Below, one piece after another: positions 43,201 through 52,340 of a stretch of 64,000 nucleotides of DNA. This DNA is from Blastocladiella emersonii ATCC 22665 (lineage: Eukaryota; Fungi; Blastocladiomycota). The stretch covers positions 434,001-498,000 of the forward strand of contig JANHCV010000008.1 of the NCBI GenBank assembly GCA_025594325.1, in the 5' to 3' direction. Numbering within the stretch: the stretch's first letter is position 1; each line of letters starts with the position of its first letter. Both the position numbers and the translations under genes were made by a program. The notes under the pieces are model-generated. The model was not told the DNA's origin, did not search any database, and worked only from the letters and a program-made list of their open reading frames with translations.

Positions 43201-43535
43201 TCGTCGTCGACTCGGTCGTCACGCACCCGTTCGAGTTCGACTTCTACATCCAGTCGCACCTCAGCCAGCAGGGGCTCGCGAAACCGACCCGGTACAGCGT
43301 GCTCGTTGACGAGAACAAGTTCGCGCCCAACCACCTCGCCGAACTCTCGTACCGCCTCTGCTTCCTCTACCCGCGCGGGTCGCGGTCCGTGTCCATGGTC
43401 CCGCCCGCGTTCTACGCCCACGTGTGTGCGGCGCGCGCTAAGGCGCATGTGATTGACGGCGAGCGGAACGGGCAGCGGTTTTTCGCGCTGTCCATGGTCA
43501 AGCCCGAGCTTGAGAAGGCGATGTATTTCATGTGA
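40224..43535 (+). CDS. AGO: Eukaryotic Argonaute (N, PAZ, MID, PIWI) with an intact DEDH tetrad; 129-nt in-frame intron 40912-41040
   Basis: PIM|ANAF after splicing; YQYD; PAZ TVDQYFYQEYNRRLEFPNLPC...YLPLELC; MID GVTSQCV...NLCLKVNVKLPGGTN; PIWI FMGADVTHP (D), RAEII (E), FYRDGISEGQF (D), QKRHHTRFF, PPAFYAH (H). AATAAA 43562-43567. Confidence 0.97.
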   Translation: MSSNNANSGWDRPLRPLAAPAPAPVAAPAPTSPGGASTSDGEDDGESDSSPGDTSNGEEEDDEEEEGAVDGAAAVPLVAAPPTSAVAPAVAAPALVAPAVAPAVASEQFVAAAPNGGEFAIAAPVPTPAAAFVAEAAIPDVPMAEAVPAAAADMLMSEAATPAAAPAADLTPTAPTGEPSSDGSNPADAVPAAGTASYKRREAAKIFETVMQVPRRPGLCTSGDAIPIMGMLFLAVVVVFPAGHVATLYAPASPAICPPTRANPSFPMSARVANAFAVRMRDIDGFLYQYDFRVEPEAPGLRMRALFEKWRDMHFSSLVADRATVCTFEGKRLMYTSGPLTLVPGEERRFEIALPGGNRRGGVAGGRRGFERVFTVKVRLNSRLPLRDLHEYLHGTVSREHSVFAYTSSIDVIFRQAATTLLSPKGRVLFDHRNKTSSGTGMEVVPGYTQAIRTAEGSVTLILDVTSSLFFEAKTLVDLLRIAFGRNGLNSLAPGEIDQAERVLRGFAVFPNYQREQMRRPFTIHGITRLPANATYFKLNGRDLTVDQYFYQEYNRRLEFPNLPCVIVQVGAPGRGRGGDSSSSGGGPPVKIYLPLELCTLAPNQKVTRPLGRIDIKSFKPSALRPLERAAQIERAVRLVYDPAPALTSAFGLAPEFKMLNIEARQLPHPRLLFHPSSRAPTAIPVDGRWSMDNHKVYNGVTLARWAVLPFVPCDPAQISRFIARWAGMMRDMGIHVPNQTPPILPPADPNAADIETALQHAYLQAGRETEHPDLLVFILPNKGYQLYHTIKRVCDTVLGVTSQCVTLQVAQQMRNTHMENLCLKVNVKLPGGTNVRVDPALMPCVAEIPTIFMGADVTHPAQEIRSPSIASVVGSMDAFASQYASVARIQPIRAEIILDMGSMVLELLQKFYASTGTKPQRIIFYRDGISEGQFTDVIRTEVAAIRKACKALDPVYAPKLTFIIVQKRHHTRFFPRPGAPVDLRTGNLLPGLVVDSVVTHPFEFDFYIQSHLSQQGLAKPTRYSVLVDENKFAPNHLAELSYRLCFLYPRGSRSVSMVPPAFYAHVCAARAKAHVIDGERNGQRFFALSMVKPELEKAMYFM

Positions 43536-44039
43536 GATCGAGCGGGTGCGGATGCCAGAGCAATAAATATGAATGAGTTTGCAGTGACAGTTTCGTGTGC
43601 AAGTTGAGCGGAGTGAGCGCGCGAAGGCCGTGGCCACGATCAGGTCCCTGGTCGCGGATCTGCTCTCGGACGTCAGTTTGACGGATCAATGGGTCTCAGC
43701 AGCGGTGTGTGTTGCAAAGTTAGCAACAGCCGGCTCATCGTTGCGACCCACAAGGCGAATGAGGACCAGCGGAGTCCGCGGAGGCCGTGATGGCCGCAGT
43801 GATGCGAGCCGAGCCTTTCGCTTACCCTCACCAGCTACGTTGAGAAAGCTGTGATTAATCTATGTTTGCAGCATCTGCTTCTCCATGCTGTGATAAACCG
43901 TGTGATGGATGGAGTGACGACGGGCGTCACGCTGGCTCAGCTGATGCTGCTCCGTGTATGCGGCTCAGAAGCCCCACAAGTCCCGCTTCTGCAGCTTCGC
44001 CTTCTCCGCCATCCACGACCGCGTAATCACTCGCAAACC

Positions 44040-45704
44040 ATGAAGCAAGCCGACGAATCCGCCGATCCGCCCACGCTGGCCGACGCACTCGCCATGGAGT
44101 GCGAGTGCATGGCCAAACTCGCGTCGCCCGTGCGCTACATGATGAAGCTCGCGGCGTCGGGCGAACACTCGGACCTGCGCTTTGTCCTGTGCGGCAAGGT
44201 CTCGTACCCGCTGCACCGCGCCATGGTCGCCCAGAGCCCGCTGATCGCTGGGTTGCTCGGCGATGCCTGGCACGCGCCGACGGGCGGATCCTCGCTCCAC
44301 ATCCACTACGCGGTGCCCGACGACGACGAGAACGACGCCGACGTGATCTTCGAGCGCAGCGTGTTCGCGTGGGAGACGGCGGTCGTCGCTATGTACGGCG
44401 GGTGTGCGACGCTCCTCGGCGCGCGTATCACGATTCGGACTTTTCTCGACACGCTCAACGCGGGGATGCATTTCGGTACGGGATCCGCTGAGTGGGCCGT
44501 TGCAACCGCCGCTGACCGAGGCGCACGCTAGACCTTCCGCACCTCGTTGACGTCTGCTGCGAGTACTACCTCGGCCTGCTTTCCGCGCAGGAGGAATCTG
44601 ACGACTTTGCCGAGCTCGCCGCCAACTTACTCATGCGTTTCCCGGAGGGCCCGCCGTCGCCCGAGTTCATGGACCTGACGGCCAAAACCATTCAGCACCT
44701 GCGGTCGCTCGGCCCAAGCGAGTTCACGCGCGAGGTTCTCTTCCAATGCACGCCCGAACTGATTCGTCGCGTCGTACTCTCGCCCAGCTTCTTTATCTCT
44801 TCCGAGATTGACTACTTTAACCTGCTCTGCGATCTCAGTGTCGCGCCCGCGTCCATCATCGCCGCGGTCAGGTTCAGCAGCATGGCAGTCGAGGACGTCC
44901 AAGCTGCGCTCGGCTCGCTGCTAGCGAAGTCCAACCCGGCTTTCCGCATGGCCATCGAGGCTTCGGCGTTCGGGGCAACGGTTCTGCGCTCCGCGGTGCT
45001 TGCAGCTGAGCCGGGCGACACTCGGCTGTTTGACGCGGCTAGTGCCAGCGCCCATGATGGGCGAGAGTCGGAAATTGAGCTTGACGTGGACAGCGACGAC
45101 GAGGGCACCGTGCACGATGAAGGCGCGTGTCCGACGCAAGCTCTCATTGCTGCCGCTACGGCTCCGCGCCGCCATCGGCTCCGCCTCTCGATCTCGCACC
45201 TGCTCGACCCCAAGAGCGAGGACGTCGCGATGGATCTTGCGATGCCGCGGTTCTTTGGCGGCCGGCTCTAGAACATGCGCATCACGCGGCCCGTTGGACC
45301 TGACACCAGCACCGACTTGCTGATGATCGTCATGTACGATTGCTCCCTGCCGTTGCGCCGGCTCAAACGACCGCTAATCATTCCGTGTGACGCTGTGTAG
45401 GGGTCCCGAAGCCGCGCGGTGGGATCCCGAGTACCCGAGCCACTACCCGGACCGGCGCCAAGCGGTGGCCGTCCGCCTGCGCATGGTCATGTACGAGCGC
45501 CCCGAGGCGGACCCGCGTCCTATCTCGACGTGCTCGGGCGAGCTCAAGGAACGCGAGTCGACGCGCGTCGTGCCCATCGAGTGCTCGTGGTCCGAAATGG
45601 GATCCATGGAGAACCGCGAGGGATGGGTGTTCCAGCTCAACGATAAGTTGCCCAAGCGGGGCGGGCGCACGCTGGTGCAGTTCATGGTCGAGGTGGAGCT
45701 GTAG
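44040..45704 (+). pseudogene. BTB-BACK-MATH-like array copy 1; introns 44476-44531 and 45334-45400; single in-frame TAG 45269-45271
   Basis: SDLRFVLCGKVSYPLHRAMVAQSPLIAGLLGDAW (BTB). Spliced exons stay in frame to VQFMVEVEL* except PRFFGGRL*NMRIT. Confidence 0.8.
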
Positions 45705-45797
45705 TGAGTTGTGTGGTGTTCGTTGTTCGGTCATGAACTACTTAGCTTATGCATGGTTAATTTCTTGTGCTAAAGCAGAGTGCTGGGTAAACGAGTT

Positions 45798-45818
45798 GCG
45801 AGACGTGTCGATCAATCA
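45798..45818 (+). promoter_or_regulatory. Putative upstream element GCGAGACGYGTCGATCAATCA shared by BTB copies 2 and 3 and Gag-like 1
   Basis: Exact 21-mer at 45798-45818 and 16800-16820; one mismatch at 48662-48682; 20/23 variant at 16145-16167. The three main copies lie about 110-135 bp upstream of a plus-strand ATG. Confidence 0.5.
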
Positions 45819-45928
45819 TGTGAGTGTCATTTGATCCCGCGCCACACGTCCAAGTCGCGAAGCTCGGCTCGCTGAGCGCGGGTGGAGCTAGCCTCGCTCC
45901 CCCTAACCTTCTTTCAATGCCTGCAAAC

Positions 45929-47556
45929 ATGAAGAAACTTGATGCAACGGATGAAAAACTGCCCACTCTTGCCGAGTCGCTCACCACAGAATGCGACTGC
46001 TCCACGATGCACTCGCCGGCTATTCGGCACCTCCTAAGGCTCGCGGTCAGCGGTGCCCAGTCGGATCTGCGCGTCACACTTCGAGGCAAAGCTTACTCGT
46101 TGCATCGAGCCGTGCTCATTCAGAGCCCTTTCTTTGAAGCACTCCTCAGTGATTCTTGGCGCCCGGAAACGGAGGGAGGCGCCTTGAGCCTTGAGTTTTC
46201 CTTGACCGACGAGGACGGGAATCAAGTCGACGATGCGAGCACGATTTATGCCTGGGAAACCGCGATCGCCGCGGTATACGGTGCTTGCGAAACCCTTCTG
46301 ATTGCTCGAATGTCAAACACAAACTTGCTTGATCTTCTCGGCGCCGCGCTCTACTTTGGTACCACCTTGTCTGTTGCCTGCATCAACGGACTCGTCTGGC
46401 TCATTCGCATATCATTGCCATGTAGATATTCCGCAGCTGGTCAACGCATGCTGCGACTACTACCTGGAACAGCTTGCCGGTTGCTCGTCGTCCCCTGCTC
46501 CGCCTCCAGGGTCCTTCATTACTATTGCTGCCCGGGTGACTTTCTGCTCTACAACAACCGCCCCATCGGCGGTCGCCGCATTGCTCACCTATACGCAGGC
46601 TCATCTGGAGTTCCTGGGCCCACATCCCATCACGCGCGCCGTTCTTGCCAAGTGCGGCCCTGGAATTGTACCACGCATAGCTCTTTCTCCTGCCTTCTGG
46701 ATTTCCTCCGAGTTCAGCTATTTTGAGTTTCTTGTGGAGCTCAAGGTGGAACCTGCCGGCATTCTTGGAGCAATCAAGTTTGACATCATATCCGAGGACG
46801 ACTTGTTACGCGTTCTATCCAGCCCGCTCGCACTGCAGGATCCCTTTTTCCGCGCGGGCATGCGTACGGCCGCCTTCAGCGCGCATGAGCTTCGCGCCAC
46901 TCTGTTCAGAGCGAAAGAGGACGACATGTACTTGCCTCTGCCAGGTTACCCTGCCCCTCCGACAGAGTCTGAGCCTCTTGTTGGCTGCGATCGCGGCGCG
47001 AGCGAGCAGCTCCGTTCTAACGTGGCAGAGGCTCCAGTGGTCGATGCTATCATCTCAATTCGCCGGCACTGCTTGCGACTGGCGATGTCCTTCCAGCCCA
47101 CTTTGTACGGCCAATCCTTCAAAAGTAAGCCTATGTTTTTTGGTGGAATCCTTTATCGACTTTGGGCCACTCGACTCGAAAATTCCAACTCCTACAACAT
47201 TGAATTGAAAGGGTAACGTCGCCCTACAATTCAAACCAGCATCGTGTTTTGGAACTCACCGCTGTGGGCGCTGATGTAGGGTGCCTTGCTCACCGAGTAC
47301 TCCTGGTCCGTACAATGACCCAAGGAAAGTCATCGCTCAGCGCGCCGAGTTTGTCCTTTTCCATGCCAGCGGTGCTGTTACTCAAACCTGCACATCTCGC
47401 AAAAGTGCCCCCCGCATCAATCGACCAGCCCTACTTTGGTCCGAAGCTGGTCGGTGTACAAAGTTTGCAAGATGGCATGACACCTACACGCCCGCTCAAG
47501 TGCTTGTTGATGGCGTGCCTACGATTCGAGTCGTTGCGCATTTTGAGTTGCTGTAA
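45929..47556 (+). CDS. BTB-BACK-MATH-like array copy 2 (apparently intact); introns 46359-46425 and 47213-47279
   Basis: LPTLAESLTTECDC, SDLRVTLRGKAYSLHRAVLIQSPFFEALLSDSW, DIPQLVNACCDYYL, IRRHCLRL..PMFFGGILYRL, TIRVVAHFELL*. Both introns are GT-AG and frame-preserving. Confidence 0.85.
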
Positions 47557-47813
47557 GCTTTAAAACTGCATTCTCGTTGTTGGTGGAACCGAGCCAAAAA
47601 TTGCTCAACCTGGGAAGTGATGGTTTGATTACAAGTCTCAATGTCCCCGCCTTCAACTTTCCGCCGAGAGCATGATGAGCAGGTCGCAATTTATTTCCAA
47701 CTTACTTTAAGGGCGAAAATCAACGATTTAGTTGCTTGCTTGGGCACAACAATTGAGACCCGTTGAAATGCACACGAGTTGCGTGCAATACACCTCACTT
47801 TGCGTCGTGCGCA

Positions 47814-48173
47814 CGCACCCACGCCACTGGGACCATGCACCCTGAGTTCAAGCACACACGCGCACGCTGGCCCGACCGCGAGAAACGCGTCAGGCAATCA
47901 CGCGAGTGGCACGCGCCGGCGGCGCCACACGTCCAGTCACCGCCGGCGGACTGCCTCGCCGCGGGGTCGCACGCTCACCTCAAGCGAGCGTCTCCGCTCC
48001 CTCTGCTTTGGTTCTGGATCGCTGCTACTATTAGCCGTCGTTATACACCCTTCCCTCCCTTATGTGTCTCCCTCCGTCGCCGTGTCCATCACCGTCTCCA
48101 TCATCTCCTCAGCCTTCCGTGCATCGTGCTCAACCTTCCTCTCGCACCCACGCCACTGGGACCATGCACCCTG
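47814..48173. repeat. Perfect 31-bp direct repeat (47814-47844 and 48143-48173)
   Basis: CGCACCCACGCCACTGGGACCATGCACCCTG occurs twice, 329 bp apart. The second copy abuts the start of the truncated BTB-family fragment. Confidence 0.95.
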
Positions 48174-48590
48174 CGGAGGCATCAGCCGCGTTCTCAAGGC
48201 CGTTCGCGACAAGGATGACCCCGACACCTTCACTCTCCATTTGTGCGTCGGTGAAACTCACATGGCGCAGCTGGTCCTCACTCACCTTTTGCGCGTTCAC
48301 TAGGGAACACCAGAAATCTTGTTCATCAAGCCCGTACCAGGATCCCCGCAAAATCTACGCTCACCGAATTCGGTTTCTATCGTACCCTCATGCGATCCGG
48401 CCCGCACAGCCGTCATCGTGTTTGCTTCTTCAGGAAGAGCTCTGCGCACCACAAGCAACGACGTTTTCGGTCGATCCCGCTGCAGGCTTCGCAGAAGAAG
48501 ACGTGGGTTGGCAATGAAGTCAAACGCGCCAAAGTGAACGTCCGCGATATTCCGACGGTTCGGGCGGTTGTGTTCTTGGAGTTGCTATAA
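48171..48590 (+). pseudogene. 3'-only (MATH-like domain) fragment of the BTB array; intron 48243-48303; frameshift
   Basis: CGGISRVLKAVRDKDDPDTFTLH|LEHQKSCSSSPYQDPRK...EELCAPQ, then a frameshift to KKTWVGNEVKRAKVNVRDIPTVRAVVFLELL*, matching the last exons of the other copies. Confidence 0.8.
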
Positions 48591-48794
48591 ACTATCATTT
48601 TTCTTTTCGTTGAATTGGCGCGCCAGAAGGTGACGAAATGCGCACTGAACTCGGAGCAAGTGCGAGACGCGTCGATCAATCATGTGAGCGTCATCTGATC
48701 AGATCCCCCCTTCGTCGCCACAGCGCGCGACTGGGGGCGCCATCTGCGGCGCCGCCGCTTCTCCTCCCAAGTCCCTCCGCCAAGAACAGTTACC

Positions 48795-50418
48795 ATGGAA
48801 CAACTTGATGCAACGGATGGAAAATTACCAACTCTTTCCGAGTCGCTCACCACGGAGTGCGACTGCGTCGGAAAGTACCCGCTGGCCATCCGGCACCTCC
48901 AGCAGCTCGCACTTAGCGGCGACAAGTCTGATCTGACTGTCGTGCTCCGTGGTAACAATTATGCGCTGCACCAGGCTATGCTCGTCCAAAGCCCTTTCTT
49001 CAAGGCGTGTCTCGGCGACTCTTGGCAGGCTTTTGCTGATGTTGGTGGAATCGGCGCGCTAAACCTTGAATTTGCACTCTCGGACGAGGGCGACGGAGAT
49101 GCCGATGACATCGATTGCCGCACGTCGTACGCGTGGGAAACCGCTGTTGCCGCGATGTACGGCGCGTGCACCAAGATTATGGTCGCCCGGCTGTCGCATT
49201 CGAACCTTCTCGACATCCTTGACGCTGCCTTTTATTTTGGGACGTTGACTTGTCGAAACCGTTAAGACAGCAGCATTGATTCTAACCAACGTGTCATATT
49301 GTAGACCTTTCCCAGCTGATCGATGCCTGCTGCGAATTCTATCTCAACCTTCTCTCAAACTGCTCCTCTGCTCCTGGCCACCTCCCGACTGATTTTATCG
49401 CACTCGCTGCGCGCATGATGACCTATTGCGCTCAAAAAACTCTTCCGAAGCCCGTCGCGGATCTGCTCGCGCACACCATCGCACACCTCGAGTTTCTTGG
49501 CCCGCATCCCATCACGCGCGCGGTCCTTGAGCAGTGCAACGACCCCGCGCTCGTTGTCCGGGTGACATGCTCTCATTCGTTCTGGATTCCTTCCGAGTAC
49601 GAGTACTTCACGTTTCTCACCGAACTTAACGTGTCCGCTACCGACATCCTTCGCGTTGTCAAGTTTAACATTATGCCCGACACCAAGCTTCGCCGCGTGC
49701 TTTCCAGCCCACTCGCGTTGCGTGACCCGTACTTTCGAGCAGGCGTTCGCGCCGTAGCTTACGATGCCAACGAACTTCGGGCTGCAATCGTTGAGGCGGA
49801 TCCTGCATCAACACACTTGACTCAAGCAGGATACCCTGATCCACCTACAGAGAGTGAGGATTTTCTTGAAACTAAAGCCGATAGCGGCACCGAGGGTCAA
49901 GCACCAGCGCTCGAATCCATTTTGGCTGTCCGGCGGCATTGCTTGCGAATGACGCTCTCATTCAAGGCCGATTCTGCCGCCGATTTTGTTGAATCCGAAC
50001 CCGTATTTTTTGGTGGAAGTTGTCGTCGACTGCAAGCGGTGCGCGGCAAAGAAAATCCTGCTGATTTCAAATTCTTTATGTACGTATTTTTTTCAATGAG
50101 CGGCAGAACGTATTCTCACTTTTGCTCTGTTTTCTTAGCGAGCGCAACAAGGCAGGAGCCCGAGCCCCTTATGACGACCCACGTCTCAAAATAAGCGAGC
50201 GCTTCGAAATTCTCGCACACAGGGCCAACGATTCCGACTCGAAATTGACCTGCTCAATCCCAAGGGTGTTGCCCAACCTCTCCCGACCAAAAGCTTGGTG
50301 GTCCAGTCCGTACACCCTGACACTGGGGTTCGGTATGCATTATGAGTTCTCTCCCGCAAAGGCGCTCGTTGATGGTGTTATGTCCATCCGAGCAATTGGA
50401 TTTTTGGAGATGCTGTAG
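48795..50418 (+). pseudogene. BTB-BACK-MATH-like array copy 3; intron 1 (49240-49304) has a GG instead of GT donor; intron 2 50080-50138
   Basis: MEQLDATDGKLPTLSESLTTECDC... The exon frames are otherwise intact. At the conserved intron-1 position the sequence reads TTTG|GGACGT where paralogs read TTCG|GTACGG, TTTG|GTACCA and TTTG|GTACGA. Confidence 0.7.
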
Positions 50419-51978
50419 CAAATTTATTTTCACGATTCTTTTTCAGGCAATAAAATCATTTTGGAGGACGCATCAATGCTGGACGCAGCGATTTTGGTCT
50501 CGCTATTCCTGAGCATGACAGCTGCCCAGATTCGATGTTACTCACTATCGCGCCCGACCAATTGAATCCCTCGCCACATCCATTTTCACTCCGAATTTCG
50601 CGCTTGCCCACTTTCTGCTCGAGGGCGATGATCTCGGAAGTCGGCGGGCTTGCTCGCTCGGAGACAGAACGCGAGACGCGCCGAGATATCATGTGACCGT
50701 GATGCAGACCACCTGACCACGCGTCATGCGTTTTTTTTTACCCAAAACTCCGAGTAAATGCACATTGGGCGTATTTAAATGAGCCCTACCGTCTGTCCAC
50801 GCTCTCCGACTGCCAAGTCCTGTACAACCACTTGACCCTTTAGCCATGAACCAGACCAAGAAGCTGCCCACACTCGACGAGTCACTCTCGACCGAGTGCG
50901 AGTGCACCGCCAAACACCCGCCCGTTCTTCGCTCGCTACAGCGCTCCGCCATGACGGGTGTCATGTCGGACACGGCCGTCACGCTGTATGGCAAGCCGTA
51001 CGCGTTGCATCGCTTTAGACTCGCTCAGAGCCCGTTCCTCAAGGCGCTCCTCGATGGTGATTGGCACCCGACAGGCAAGTCTGACGCGCTCAGCGTCGAG
51101 TTCTCGCTGCCAAAGCCCGAAACCGACGGCACGGCCGTCATCCGCAACGACGCGCGCACCCTGCATGCATGGGAGACGGTCGTCGCCGTCATGTATGGGG
51201 CCTGCGCCAAGGGTGTGACTGCCCGCATGTCGTGCACCAACTTCACAGATATCCTTGACGCTGCACTTTATTTTGGTACGATTCGCTCGGTTTACGAGAT
51301 GCTTGTGCGTACCGTAACTGACCACGACTCCTCTACTCCAGAAATGCCCATCCTTGTCGACATGTGTTGCGATTTCTACCTACGTCAACTCTCCGGCATC
51401 TCGAATTCGGCTCCGAATGTCGACTATTTATCTCTAGTCGTACGCATCCTCGAGTCTGGCTCCCTCGCTATGGCATCGAAGCCGTTGAGGGAGCTTGTCG
51501 GTTACACCATCGCGTACCTCCTGGCACTAGGGCCACACCATGGCACTCTCGGGATCCTCCAGCAGTGCAACGCCAAGCTGGCTTCCCAGATCGCACTTTC
51601 GCCGCTGTTCTGGGCCGCGTCCGAGTTTGCATACTACGAGTTTCTCGTAGCTTTGAACGTATCCGCCGCCGATATCCTCCGCTCTGTCAACTACACCATG
51701 ATGTCCGACTACGAGCTGCGCTGCGTGCTCACCAGCACGCTTGCCCAGCGAGACCAGTACTTCCGGATTGGTGTGCGCGAAGCTGCCTTGACAAGCACGA
51801 ACTTTGCTCGAGCCTGTCCGAGACGAGCTCGAAAGAAAAGCGCTTGAATCGAGTCGGGTACCCTGCTCTCCCTTCTGAGACGGCGGGTGAGCCGGTTCTA
51901 CTCGGCGGCCAGGTTGCTCAGCAGGCTGGCGCAACGCCGGCTTCGAGCCAATCGCCAGTCACAGTGAAAAGGCACCCC

Positions 51979-52340
51979 GGTTATGAAATCGCCCTAACCC
52001 GCTCCTAACCCATGGTTAGGGTAGGTTAGCACCGCTTAGGTTTTTCGGAACGGTTAAGAAGGGTTAGGAGACCGGTTAGCGCGATTGAATCTCTAACCAG
52101 TCATGGTCAGGTTAGGATCGTGGGTTAGCGACGCGAGGTTAGGTCGTGGGTTAGCAACGACTAGAAGTCGAGCTAGCGTCGCGGTTAGCAGGCGGCTAAC
52201 AACTAATGAGCTTGTGGGCGCTTAGGCATAGTTTGACGCGCGACGAGGTTAGAGAAGCGCGACTAATCGCGACGAATTAGTGCGAGGTTAGCGCAGATTA
52301 GTATCGGAAGCGATTAGGAGCTGGTTAGCAGCTAATCAGG
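51979..52340. repeat. Left subterminal array of telomere-like GGTTAG/CTAACC motifs
   Basis: 15 exact GGTTAG/CTAACC hexamers (51994, 52005, 52014, 52024, 52062, 52074, 52093, 52110, 52123, 52137, 52149, 52183, 52247, 52286, 52323) plus GCTTAG/GATTAG/GGTTAA variants, irregularly spaced. Confidence 0.9.

Noticed and set aside
9392-45271. Genome-wide stop-codon reassignment (TGA=Trp or TAG sense)
   Set aside because: Core genes terminate normally with TGA (TAF7, AGO, ORC5), TAG (UPF3) and TAA (MRPL19, DUS4). In-frame stops occur only in accessory paralogs, alongside frameshifts.
51979-52340. Interstitial telomere or chromosome-fusion scar; CRISPR-like array
   Set aside because: Hexamers are dispersed with irregular spacers, in mixed orientation, and mirrored at the other end of a TIR-bounded element. 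There is no fixed-length repeat/spacer periodicity and the context is eukaryotic.
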